NCBI GenBank assembly: GCA_963845065.1
Contig: CAWJQQ010000001.1
Coordinates: 256,001-320,000, forward strand
Source of the DNA: Nitrospirota bacterium
GTDB lineage: Bacteria > Nitrospirota > UBA9217
DNA: 64,000 nucleotides
Reading direction: 5' to 3'
In this document: positions 1 to 9,457 of the stretch, in pieces
Layout: each line of letters opens with the position of its first letter
How positions within the stretch are numbered: the stretch's first letter is position 1
Program-made: the position numbers and the translations under genes
Notes under the pieces: model-generated
Databases searched by the model: none
Seen by the model: only the letters and a program-made list of their open reading frames with translations
Told to the model about the DNA's origin: nothing

Positions 1-412
1 CTTTTGGAAAATCTCCTGCAAGAAGTTCCGTTACCGAATCGAGCATCCCGGAACATGAGGACGTTATCTGTTGCCAAGTATTTTTGCCAAGTTTCCGGAT
101 TTTAACCAGGACCTCATAGGGTTTGGATCTCGAACCCTGCACGAGCGCCTTGATCTCGCCGGCGTTCACCTGAAGGTCCAGAACGGCACCGTGGCGGACA
201 TAACTGCGTCCCCTTCCGATGCGGTTGCTGTAATCCGCGTAGCGCTCCAAATTCTGGTTCCATGATTTACCCCACCACGTGCGCGCAAGAGAGCTGCCCT
301 GAATAATAACAGGACTCACGTCCCGCTTTTTCTTCAGCTGTTCAAGTTTCTTAGCCGCCCTCGCCTGTTTCTCGGCTTTAGGCACATATCGAGGATAATC
401 CCAAAAGCTCAT
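1..412 (-). CDS. SWIM zinc-finger-type partner of the SNF2 helicase (runs off the window edge)
   Basis: Manual translation from ATG 412: MSFWDYPRYVPKAEKQARAAKKLEQLKKK...ARTWWGKSWNQNLERYADYSNRIGRGRSYVRHGAVLDLQV; typical N-terminus of SWIM proteins encoded next to SNF2 genes. Confidence 0.8.
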   Translation of the reverse strand, partial: MSFWDYPRYVPKAEKQARAAKKLEQLKKKRDVSPVIIQGSSLARTWWGKSWNQNLERYADYSNRIGRGRSYVRHGAVLDLQVNAGEIKALVQGSRSKPYEVLVKIRKLGKNTWQQITSSCSGMLDSVTELLAGDFPK

Positions 413-434
413 TGCAATTCCTTTCGTAATACCA

Positions 435-3101
435 TCACAGCATCAAGGTAAACATATTCATCAGTTCATCATTATCCATTTCCGTGATCCATGCCTCGCT
501 GCCGGCTTGAACTACCTCATTAGACAGTTTCATCTTTCCCTCGAGCATCTGGTCTATCTTCTCCTCGACCGTACCCTTCGTTATAAACTTGTGCACGACA
601 ACGTTTTTTTTCTGGCCGATTCGGAAAGCCCTATCCGTGGCCTGATTCTCAACCGCCGGGTTCCACCAGCGGTCGAAATGAACAACATGATTTGCGGCAG
701 TCAGATTGAGTCCAACTCCGCCGGCCTTTAGCGACAGAACCATGAAGGGTACGTACTCTTCATCCTGGAACCTGGCCACGATTTCCTTTCTCATGCCAAC
801 CGGTGTGCCGCCGTGAAGAACGAGGCCCTCGTGTCTGAACAACGTGCGTAAGAAGCCGGCAAGAGGTTCAGTCATCTCCCGAAACTGTGTGAAAACGAGA
901 GCCCGTTCCCGCTTCTCATAGATGGTCTCGCAGATTTCCCGTAGCCTGCTAAACTTGCCGCTTTCTTTTTCGTCAAAAGAACCCGTCCCCAGGTATTGGT
1001 CCGGATGATTGCATATCTGCTTGAATTTCATGAGCGAACTCAGGATAACCCCTTTCCGTTGAATTCCTTCGACATTTTCAACAGACCTGCGAAGGTCGTC
1101 CACCAGTTTCTGGTACAAAACAGCCTGTTTTTTTTCTAGGTACGACCAGGTCTTCATCTCAACTTTTTCCGGCAAATCGGAAATAACAGACTTATCGGTC
1201 TTTAGCCTCCGAAGGATATAGGGAGCGATGACTTTTCTGAGACGTGCATATCCTTCGGGGTTCTCATTCAAATTTTTGGCAAATCGGTTGAACTCCTGGC
1301 TGCTGCCGAGGAGCCCCGGGTTGATGAAATCAAAGATCGACCAAAGGTCCGATAACCGGTTTTCGACCGGCGTCCCGGTCATGACGATCTTGTTTACTGC
1401 TATCAGTTTTTTAACCGCTTTTGTCTGTTTCGTCCACGGATTCTTGATGGCCTGAGCCTCATCGAGGATCACGTACTGCCATTCGTATGTTTGTAACAAT
1501 TCGCGTTTCTGTACGAGCGAATATGTCGTGATCACGAGATCTAGTCTGTCTATCTCTTTCTTTTCTTTCGGCATCTCGCCGGTACCATCGTTACCCGAGG
1601 GATGAGCAATGGCGAATGACAGGTCGGGCGTGAATTTCCCGATCTCAGCAGCCCAGTTCGAAAGTAAAGACGCAGGAACCACAAGCAGGCTGGCCCCTTT
1701 TTCACCGTTCGATTTCAAACTCCGCAGCATCGCCAAAACCTGCACTGTCTTACCGAGCCCCATATCATCGGCAAGGCACATGCCGAATCTGAGGGAATGG
1801 AGAAACGAGAGCCAAGCCACTCCTCTCTGCTGATAGGGCCGCAATTTTGCTTTAAAGAATGTGTCCATCCGCACTGGCGCTATGGCTTCTGGGTGGAGCA
1901 TGCGAACCATAACAGACTCCATCCATTGTCCGTTTGTGACGACCACGCTTGAATCATTATCAGGAAGGTCCAGAATGCTCTTCGGATTTAGTTCGAACCG
2001 CAGTGCGTCTCGGAAACTCAACCCTCCCCGACGAGCGAGTGAGCTTGCATTTTCATAGGCTTCGAGGGTCTGACTCAGCTTTTCATGGTCAACTGCGACC
2101 CAGCGGTTCTTGATCAAGGCAAGCCCTTCGGACGCATCAATGAGCCGTTTGGCCTCTTCATAGGATATCCGCTCACCCGAAAGATGCAGTTCTATGTCAA
2201 AATCTAGCACAGCATCCATGCCAACGGCTGAGGGTTGGCGGCCTCCCAGAGATATATTGACCTGCAAACTTGATGCACCGCGCTTCCACCAATCGGGAAT
2301 GCGGCACAATATTCCGGACTGTTCGTAGATCGGAATCTCCCGGAGAAAGGTGTATGCTTCCTTCGCCGACCAGGCGAGAGGATGGAACAGCTCACCGCTC
2401 TCAATCAGCCGCGACACCAAGGCGCTTTCTTTCGCAGCACGATGCACCGTTACGAGTAGATCAAGAAGCTTTTTCCCGTCTTTGCCGTATTGCTGCAGGG
2501 CTTGCCTCAGAGGAAGATGCTGCGTTTTGCCCTGTCTGTTCAGTCCTGGTGAGTATGTGGCGAGAAAAGCAAAAGGGTAATCATCCTTGTTGCTCTCAAC
2601 GAGGTGGAAGAATACTCGACCGATGAGATGAGTATCGGGACTGTATGCTCGAATAAATTCCTCGACGCTCTCTTCTGACTGTTGGATCTCTCTGTCGAAT
2701 TCGGCATGAAGCCGCTGCCAAAGGTCATTGATAACGACCCTGGTCAAATACTCAGCGCCGGTCATCAGCGGTGCTGATGCAAGGAGATGGATTAATTCGT
2801 CTTCGCTAATTTCGACAATAACCTTATGACGAAGGATTTCTAGATCGGGAGTCTGAGAGAGTTTCCTGGCGAAGAGTCCGCATACATTACGCCAGTAATC
2901 GAGGGAAGGAGAAAGAGGAACTGATTTATTACAGAATCCGAGAAACAGAAATGCGCCGTCGGGTCCATCGGTGAACCGCCGAAATATTTCCTGCTGAAGA
3001 AGCTCCTGGTCCTTATTAACCTTTTCCTGGGCCTCTGCCCATTCCAGCCGGATAGCTCCGCGCGGCAGGATGACTGATAACAATTCCTGGTTCAGGTTCA
3101 T
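435..3101 (-). CDS. SNF2/SWI2-family DEAD/DEAH helicase-ATPase
   Basis: LRPYQ, LADDMGLGKT, DEAQAIKN, TGTPVEN, SLKAGGVGLNL, WWNPAVENQATDRAFRIGQ motifs. Confidence 0.95.
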   Translation of the reverse strand: MNLNQELLSVILPRGAIRLEWAEAQEKVNKDQELLQQEIFRRFTDGPDGAFLFLGFCNKSVPLSPSLDYWRNVCGLFARKLSQTPDLEILRHKVIVEISEDELIHLLASAPLMTGAEYLTRVVINDLWQRLHAEFDREIQQSEESVEEFIRAYSPDTHLIGRVFFHLVESNKDDYPFAFLATYSPGLNRQGKTQHLPLRQALQQYGKDGKKLLDLLVTVHRAAKESALVSRLIESGELFHPLAWSAKEAYTFLREIPIYEQSGILCRIPDWWKRGASSLQVNISLGGRQPSAVGMDAVLDFDIELHLSGERISYEEAKRLIDASEGLALIKNRWVAVDHEKLSQTLEAYENASSLARRGGLSFRDALRFELNPKSILDLPDNDSSVVVTNGQWMESVMVRMLHPEAIAPVRMDTFFKAKLRPYQQRGVAWLSFLHSLRFGMCLADDMGLGKTVQVLAMLRSLKSNGEKGASLLVVPASLLSNWAAEIGKFTPDLSFAIAHPSGNDGTGEMPKEKKEIDRLDLVITTYSLVQKRELLQTYEWQYVILDEAQAIKNPWTKQTKAVKKLIAVNKIVMTGTPVENRLSDLWSIFDFINPGLLGSSQEFNRFAKNLNENPEGYARLRKVIAPYILRRLKTDKSVISDLPEKVEMKTWSYLEKKQAVLYQKLVDDLRRSVENVEGIQRKGVILSSLMKFKQICNHPDQYLGTGSFDEKESGKFSRLREICETIYEKRERALVFTQFREMTEPLAGFLRTLFRHEGLVLHGGTPVGMRKEIVARFQDEEYVPFMVLSLKAGGVGLNLTAANHVVHFDRWWNPAVENQATDRAFRIGQKKNVVVHKFITKGTVEEKIDQMLEGKMKLSNEVVQAGSEAWITEMDNDELMNMFTLML

Positions 3102-3103
3102 TT

Positions 3104-3514
3104 TTATTCTTCCAATTCAGTTTGTATGCCTTCAATTTCATCCAAAAAAGCAAGCAAGTCAATCATTCTGGCGGAATCGACAAGTTTGTCCAGCGGAAGA
3201 TGCTTGTGATGTGGATAGATCTTTAGTTGGCGTTCACGCGGACCAGGGGAATTGTCATAACGGAAAATGATAGCACTGCCCCGAAGATAATTGTATCCAT
3301 TAATGTATTTATCTACTACAAGGCCTTTACTCTCGACAAACTCCTTGAAATCAAGTACTGTCCCATTCCTGAATTCTTTAGTTCCCGAGAGAAAGGCGAT
3401 ATCACGAGTTTTTCTTTCGATAGTGAATGAATTAGAAGAGACGAAGGGATTTGATGAGATGATAGTTTCAAAATCCACGATATAACTATCGATACTCAAA
3501 GCTAATCTCCTCAA
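3104..3514 (-). CDS. DUF6516/TumE-like putative toxin (true start probably TTG near 3499)
   Basis: FRYDN...YPHHKH motif; overlaps the end of the upstream small ORF. Confidence 0.7.
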   Translation of the reverse strand: MRRLALSIDSYIVDFETIISSNPFVSSNSFTIERKTRDIAFLSGTKEFRNGTVLDFKEFVESKGLVVDKYINGYNYLRGSAIIFRYDNSPGPRERQLKIYPHHKHLPLDKLVDSARMIDLLAFLDEIEGIQTELEE

Positions 3515-3761
3515 GCGATTTCAGCCTGCCCTGAATCGGCCGCAGTGATTCAGCTTCACCCTTCCACTCAATGAGGATCATATCGTCTACTGTGCCATAG
3601 AGTTTCTTTCGTTCGAGAGAGCCATATTTTGCTTCAAAACCCTTTATTTTGTTTTCGATCTTTTAGACTGTTTTTCTGAGCAGGTGAATTTCCGTATCAA
3701 TCGCGAATTTAATTTTTTCTCGAGCACATGCGTCGTCGGTTTCGATAATCAGCTTTGTCAT
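3486..3761 (-). pseudogene. Putative antitoxin partner of the DUF6516 protein, internal stop
   Basis: MTKLIIETDDACAREKIKFAIDTEIHLLRKTV*KIENKIKGFEAKYG...DDMILIEWKGE...EISFEYR*; in-frame TAA at 3663-3665. Confidence 0.65.
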
Positions 3762-4026
3762 GATCTTTTCCCTCTAATTCGATTCTACCTAAATTAAATA
3801 ATGAAATCAATCACTGATTGACGGAGTGACTACTTCATTACGAAAACGGAATCACCCCTAAGGGGTTCAATCTCCACTTATTTGACGCAACAGCGTAATT
3901 TACTTCGGGCCCGTCACTTTAAGTTAGGTTATATCCCCTCTTCCCTGTCCTAACAATTCAACGTCTTATATTGCATAAATGTTTTTTTTATTCTGCAGTA
4001 CACAAACAGGACGTTAGAAAGGTTAG

Positions 4027-4058
4027 AAAAAAAGGGCTACAGCGAATGCTATAACCCC
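4027..4058 (-). terminator. Intrinsic terminator following the tRNA 3' fragment
   Basis: GGGTTATAGC-ATTC-GCTGTAGCCC-T7 on the minus strand. Confidence 0.7.
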
Positions 4059-4068
4059 ATGAATTGTT

Positions 4069-4108
4069 TGGTAGCGGTGGCCGGATTAGAACCGACGACC
4101 TTCGGGTT
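4069..4108 (-). other. 3' half of tRNA-fMet (att-like scar, not a full tRNA)
   Basis: AACCCGAAGGTCGTCGGTTCTAATCCGGCCACCGCTACCA: T-arm, acceptor 3' strand and CCA; no D-arm upstream. Confidence 0.85.
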
Positions 4109-4449
4109 TGTCACCCCAAGGGCTAAAAATAGTTTTTTTCCCCGACCCATCAAATCAAGGAGTTAGAGCACATAAAAAAGCGCTATTGTTTCGACAGGAC
4201 AGTATCAGGACAGATTCTGGGTCGATGTGGGATGGGACTTATGATCTTAGGAGTTAGCAGGGACTGTGTCGAGTGACCCGGGCCAAGCTATAAAGAGGCG
4301 CGTGTTTGCTTCACCTGCTACTGTGGAATGCCAATATTATGGCGACGTCTCGGAATACTAATATGAACTCACGCGAATAGATCCAAGTGGATTGGGGCGA
4401 TGCTCGTTTGAGCGGAGCAGGATTTTCTGACGAGGAACAAGGCGATGGG

Positions 4450-4720
4450 GATTGGGGATACTTCTCGAGCTGGGAGTAAAACCGCTTTCCGGCATCCATT
4501 TGGCATCGGCGAGTATATCCCCGCTTCCTGCAAACGAAAAGAGAACAGCGCCTCCCGGTCAGTCATATGACCACTCCCTCCTCAGCAATAACCCGTACGA
4601 TCTGCGAGACCTTGAGCGGTGAATTTTCTAGTACGTCCTACGTAAAGATAAGCGGTGTGATGACCGTATAGTTCTGGTAACCCACCTCTCATGCGGCTTC
4701 GGAAATTGCATCGTGGAGTG
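4450..4720 (-). pseudogene. Remnant of MNT nucleotidyltransferase (C-terminus) + HEPN (N-terminus) toxin-antitoxin pair
   Basis: DAISEAA*EVGYQNYTVITPLIFT*DVLENSPLKVSQIVRVIAEEGVVI* overlapping (ATGA) MTDREALFSFRLQEAG/ILADAKWM; stops and a frameshift. Confidence 0.6.
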
Positions 4721-4770
4721 CAGCATTGATTACTTCGACTTCGATAAATATTTCGAGATCGGAATACTAA

Positions 4771-4989
4771 ATCGCGGTAGGAACGTCCGTTGCCAGACGC
4801 CCCCGCACGGATCCGTGCTAGAAGCATTACTTCACACGGCTCACTTGCGTTGAAGCCTGATACCTCCCGCCTCCCGGCTTCAGGCAGATCGTTACCTCAC
4901 TGCATGCAGGATTTGGTACTGGGCTGGTGGCTGACCTTTGCCCAGGCCGGACTTACACCGGCTAGAATAGATAAGCCTGCTTGGCGCAC
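4771..4989 (-). mobile_element. ORF-less, internally deleted group II intron (219 nt)
   Basis: 5' GTGCG at 4989; domain V/VI GAGCCGTGTGAAGTAATGCTTCTAGCACGGATCCGTGCGGGGGCG...CCTACCGCGAT ending at 4771. Confidence 0.85.
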
Positions 4990-5049
4990 CGATTCATGAT
5001 AACTCGCGGGGTCCATCCTGTATCAAACGAGTTTCCATCCTTTGCAATA

Positions 5050-5115
5050 GTATAATTTACAACTAGAATTCTTCATACATCTACCCATAAAACACTCTAT
5101 CAACACACCCAGTCA
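5050..5115 (+). repeat. Partial copy (left arm) of the CACCTAC-core site family
   Basis: ATTCTTCATA...TAAAACACTCTATCAACACACC resembles the left arm of the 46083 copy. Confidence 0.4.
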
Positions 5116-5217
5116 AGATCATTGACATGCTGCTGTATCAGGCATATATTCTTCCGAGATACTTTTGAATGGTGTGATACATTCATTGCCAAAATCGCTA
5201 AACTTAAGAGAAGAGAG

Positions 5218-6129
5218 ATGATCATTACCAATCGTGCCTTCCATAAAACAATATCGGTCCTGTCAGCAATTCTTCTGTTTCTACTTTGCTTCAACGTATT
5301 CGCGCAGCAGACGAAAGGACTCGTTCGAAAACATCCTCTCTGGAAAATAAGTTCAAAGACCAACACAGTCTATCTCGTCGGGTCCATTCATGTGCTCAAG
5401 CAGGACGCCTATCCCCTCGATAAGAGCATTGAAGAGGCCTACGAAAACTCTCCACGGCTGATCTTCGAGATAAACTTCGACGATGTGGACGAGCAGAAAC
5501 TCCATCAGCTTACGGTCGACAAGGGTACCTACCATGACGGCCGGACACTCAAAGACGATCTTTCGAAGCAAACTTACGAATTCTCAAAAAAACGTCTAAC
5601 AGATCAGGGTCAGAACATCGAGAAATTCGAACGGCTCAAGCCGTGGCTCCTCGCAATGTCCCTAGAGGTAAGCGAACTACAACGGCTCGGTTTTGATCAA
5701 AGTCAGGGTATTGATAAATATTTTTATGATAAGGCCAAAAAAGATAGGAAGAAGATCGACGGATTTGAAACCGCGGAATATCAACTGAGCCTCTTGTGCG
5801 ACATGCCTGCGGGCATGCAAGAGGCGATGCTGCTCCAGACCATGAAGGACATCGATGATGTGCAGAAGGATGTCAACGTGATCATCGAAGCTTGGAAATC
5901 AGGTAACGCGGAAGCGCTCGATACGGTATTGCTCAAAAGTTTCCGGGGCTTCCCCGATGTGTATCAGAGGCTCATTACCGACAGAAACAAAAGTTGGATG
6001 CCCATGATAGAAGCCCTCATCGGTCAAAAAGAAAACGCCATGATCATCCTTGGCGCTGCACACCTCGTGGGCAAAGGCGGCATTCTTGCCGGGTTAAAGC
6101 AAGAGGGGTATCAGGTGGAGCAACTGTAA
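5218..6129 (+). CDS. TraB/GumN family secreted protein
   Basis: Signal peptide; LWKIS, YLVGSIH, GIDKYF, GFETAEYQ, TDRNKSW, GAAHLVG motifs. Confidence 0.92.
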   Translation: MIITNRAFHKTISVLSAILLFLLCFNVFAQQTKGLVRKHPLWKISSKTNTVYLVGSIHVLKQDAYPLDKSIEEAYENSPRLIFEINFDDVDEQKLHQLTVDKGTYHDGRTLKDDLSKQTYEFSKKRLTDQGQNIEKFERLKPWLLAMSLEVSELQRLGFDQSQGIDKYFYDKAKKDRKKIDGFETAEYQLSLLCDMPAGMQEAMLLQTMKDIDDVQKDVNVIIEAWKSGNAEALDTVLLKSFRGFPDVYQRLITDRNKSWMPMIEALIGQKENAMIILGAAHLVGKGGILAGLKQEGYQVEQL

Positions 6130-6412
6130 AAAAACTCTATCGCGGGGTCATCTTGATTTTGCAACTTGCGAGTCGGTACAGCCTGGCCTGCGAGAAAATG
6201 AGGAATTCGGATGATACTTGCAGTAAGGTACTTCATGAAGTTGTGACTTGCCAAGCGGTCAGAGGATGCATATTTCAGCCTGAATATGGAAGGTTTCAGC
6301 ATTTCGGGTCTAATTTACTGATTCAGTTTATCATTTTTCGAATTACCATTTCTAGGCTGGAGTCACGGTATCAGAATTATTCCATTGATATGAACATAAG
6401 GAGAATATCATT

Positions 6413-6697
6413 ATGAAAAACATGATACTTTTAATGTCGATCATACCTATAGTGTTGTCCAGTTGTTATACAGGTTCATCAAATTTAGCCACAAAAAAAC
6501 AGGCCGAAGAATGCATTACACCCCATAACCCATATAATGATGGTAGCAGTCATGATGCCGGGTTTGATTGGGCCAGATTAAACGGTGGGAAATGCGATAA
6601 CCATTATCAGTCATTCAATGAAGGCTGCTCAGAATATTATCGTCAATTGACCCAATACAATAAATGTATCGCCAAGAACCCCAAGAGCCGCAAGTAA
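6413..6697 (+). CDS. Small Cys-rich lipoprotein
   Basis: Lipobox LSSC; HDAGFDWA...C...SFNEGC; RBS AGGAGA. Confidence 0.75.
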   Translation: MKNMILLMSIIPIVLSSCYTGSSNLATKKQAEECITPHNPYNDGSSHDAGFDWARLNGGKCDNHYQSFNEGCSEYYRQLTQYNKCIAKNPKSRK

Positions 6698-6759
6698 AAT
6701 TGTCCTGTGCCTTAACCAGCGGTCCATGCAGACGCAGCTTCCTGTCGCGAGCGAACCAC

Positions 6760-6920
6760 TAGCCTATGAATGGAATCACCAATTAATCTGCATCATCTTA
6801 GATTTTCCGCCCTTGCAACTCATTAGGTGGCGTCGATAGAAGCCGTGTGGTCCAAAAAATTCAAACGTTTTATTTAACATTTTTTTCTGGCGGTACAGCT
6901 CTGGCTCTCCATCCTTGCAG
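6760..6920 (-). repeat. CACCTAC-core site (core CACCTAA, 6823-6829)
   Basis: Minus strand TATCGACGCCACCTAATGAGTTGCAAGGGCG...TGCAGATTAATTGGT; resembles the 59561 left arm and the 53994 right arm. Confidence 0.65.
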
Positions 6921-7079
6921 ACAGGTGGGATTGAGTGCAGTGTAATTTGATATTATTCTATCGGGCCTTCTTCATCTGTTCATATACCATGAAGATATGA
7001 AGAACTACACAATTTGTTTCCGTTGCGTGGCGTAAGTTTTCCACCTAGCTGACAAAGCGGTTAGCGCGAGTTTTAACAT

Positions 7080-7280
7080 GATCCTGACATGCAATGATTC
7101 AACCTGTATTCTTTTCCCTTGTCACAATATTGCTAATGCAGACTCGTAGGTGAAGTCGAGTTTCATATAATATTAGCGAAGGTGCAGAATTCATTTTGAA
7201 TCATTGCATTTTGTGTAAAAATTATCTGTCAACGACTCCATCCTGTACTATGCACTCTGCACAGCTGCGTCAGGAGTATA
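7080..7280 (-). repeat. CACCTAC-core site, best-preserved palindrome (core 7146-7152)
   Basis: Perfect 14-bp inverted repeat 7089-7102/7196-7209 centred on GTAGGTG; left arm nearly identical to the 63865 and 52338 copies. Confidence 0.9.
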
Positions 7281-7341
7281 ACCTTCATACAGAATCATTG
7301 ACCGACTTGCGGCAGTATCTTAAGCTCAAGGATAGGCAGAC

Positions 7342-7769
7342 ATGCAAATAATAATGACTATCTCGATATGCCTAAGTTACATAGGTGGCATCAGCTCTAT
7401 AGTGGCTTTCTCTATCCATGATGACAAGGTGCGGATAGACATGGTAGTTATGATGATCCTTATCTCAGTCATGAATTCTTTATTTGCGAGGTATCTCTAC
7501 AAAAAAGCTTCTAAGAGTGAATTACCCCGCAGCAGAGCTGCGGGGCATCAAAATCAATAGAACCTAAGGCGCTTTTAGAGGCCTATCCTGATTTCGTCAG
7601 GGTGCCCTTTTCATCCCAGCAGTGGAACTGCTGGGTATTCAAGGACTGGTTTTATAAAATGGACTGGGCGCTACAGAGTTTCGTCGTTAGCTTTAATGCG
7701 ATAATCATTCATTGGCTATATGAATCAGTCGAAACAAATTGGAACGAGGGTAGACGTTTCTTAAGCTGA
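7342..7769 (+). pseudogene. Small membrane protein interrupted by an IS200/IS605-type mini-element
   Basis: Removing 7517-7653 restores a 96-aa ORF (...KKASK-N-KMDWALQSF...RRFLS*). Confidence 0.8.
7517..7653 (-). mobile_element. 137-bp non-autonomous IS200/IS605-type element (PATE/MITE-like)
   Basis: Follows TTAT on the minus strand; subterminal hairpins CCCAGCAGTTCCACTGCTGGG and CCCCGCAGCTCTGCTGCGGGG; ends TTCAC; no target duplication. Confidence 0.85.
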
Positions 7770-8040
7770 GTATCTTATTATCTTCTTCCGAAGTTGTTTT
7801 TTTGCGATTCATCTAACCATTCCACGTTTCATCCAGAATCTTCTTGAATATCCGTAAAATACCCCTCTGCCTGACACCCTTCAGAATTCAGCATATATTT
7901 GTTGACGGCTCAGCATTATTATTGCTACACTGACTAGCAATAAAGATCGAGTGTTTATTCTCAGGTATTTAAGGGAATGGGCTCCGATGCTTCGCGTTCT
8001 CTGTGCCTCGGCGGTGAATAACTATTATGTGGGGGCTATT

Positions 8041-9396
8041 ATGAAAAACCGAAAACCAGTCTCACGGCTCCAGCAAATGCTGGCTGAAACGTTCGGCTTC
8101 GGTCCGGCTGTATCGCTCAGCGTTCTTGCTTTTTTCGGCCTGATCGTACTCTTTGCCGTCTTCTGGTTCTTCCATTCGGCCCCGCCGAAAACGATCATCA
8201 TCACCAGCGGCGACGGGGGGACGCGCTTCCGGAGAACAGCCGAGAAATACGCGAAGATCCTGGAGGGGAGCGGGGTGACGCTGAAGATTCTGAAGTCCGA
8301 AGGGTCGCTGGAGAACCTCAAACGGCTGGAAGATCCGGCCTTCCAGGTTGATGTCGGTTTTGTGCAAGACGGCGTAGCCAAGGGACAGAAAACCAATAAC
8401 CTGGTGTCTCTGGGCAGCATGTTCTATGAACCGCTCTTTATATTTTACCGCGACAGGAAGCAGCTCGATGTGCTCTCGCAGTTAAGCGGGAAGCGGTTGG
8501 CCATCGGTGTGAACGGTACGGGCACTCAAGCGCTGGCCCTGGAACTTTTGGAATGGAACGGCATCAAGCCCGGAGGCTCGACGCAGCTCCTGAAAATGGA
8601 CGATGACGCGTCAGCAGCTGCATTGCTTGCGGGCGAGATCGACGCGGCGTTTATGATGAGCGATTCGGCATCGTCAAGGCTCGTGCATGACTTGCTGAGA
8701 AAACCGGGGATCAGGCTTTTTGATTTTTCGCAGGCCGACGCGTACACCCGGCGCATCAGTTATCTGAACAAAACCGTGCTGCCCAAGGGGAGCATCGACT
8801 TTGGGAAGAGGATTCCCGACCAGGATGTCAACCTGATCAGCCCGACCGTCGAGCTGATCGCCCGGGCCGATCTTAATCCCGCGCTCTCCGACCTGCTGCT
8901 GGAAGCGGCAACAGAAGTGCACTCGCAAGCAGGGCTGATCAACAAACGCGGCGAATTCCCCTCACCGCGCGAGAATGAATACCGCATCAGCCCCGATGCC
9001 GTCCGTTACTACAAATCTGGCAAAAGCTTTCTCTACCGTTACATGCCGTTCCAGCTCGCCAGCCTGCTGAACCGCATGGTCGTCGTTCTCGTGCCGATGC
9101 TTCTGATTCTGATACCGGGTGCGCGCAGCATCCCGAAGATCTACCGCTGGCAGATGCGACTGCGCATCATCCGCTGGTATAGGGCGCTGTTGGTCCTGGA
9201 AAAAAACATGGCAGCCGGGCCGATCCAGGCGGACCAGGGGGAGGAAATAAAACGACAGCTCGAACATATCGAACATGCCGTAAATAAGATGAAGGTTCCG
9301 GCGTCGTTCGCGGATCAGTTTTACGGACTGCGTGTCAATATCGATTTTGTCCGCGCGAAGCTTACTCAGGTCTGTCCGGGCGGGCAAGAAGCCTGA
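8041..9396 (+). CDS. TAXI-family TRAP solute-binding protein with membrane anchors
   Basis: SEGSLENL, GFVQDG, SLGSMFYEPL, GKRLAIG..GTGT motifs; N- and C-terminal transmembrane segments. Confidence 0.85.
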   Translation: MKNRKPVSRLQQMLAETFGFGPAVSLSVLAFFGLIVLFAVFWFFHSAPPKTIIITSGDGGTRFRRTAEKYAKILEGSGVTLKILKSEGSLENLKRLEDPAFQVDVGFVQDGVAKGQKTNNLVSLGSMFYEPLFIFYRDRKQLDVLSQLSGKRLAIGVNGTGTQALALELLEWNGIKPGGSTQLLKMDDDASAAALLAGEIDAAFMMSDSASSRLVHDLLRKPGIRLFDFSQADAYTRRISYLNKTVLPKGSIDFGKRIPDQDVNLISPTVELIARADLNPALSDLLLEAATEVHSQAGLINKRGEFPSPRENEYRISPDAVRYYKSGKSFLYRYMPFQLASLLNRMVVVLVPMLLILIPGARSIPKIYRWQMRLRIIRWYRALLVLEKNMAAGPIQADQGEEIKRQLEHIEHAVNKMKVPASFADQFYGLRVNIDFVRAKLTQVCPGGQEA

Positions 9397-9457
9397 TGCA
9401 AAGTTGGTAAAGTAACGAGCAAGTTAGAATCAGGAAGGGTGACAACTCCGCTGCGCA

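Noticed and set aside
4069..4108. Intact tRNA-Met genes here and at 40164
   Set aside because: Both lack the 5' acceptor strand and D-arm.
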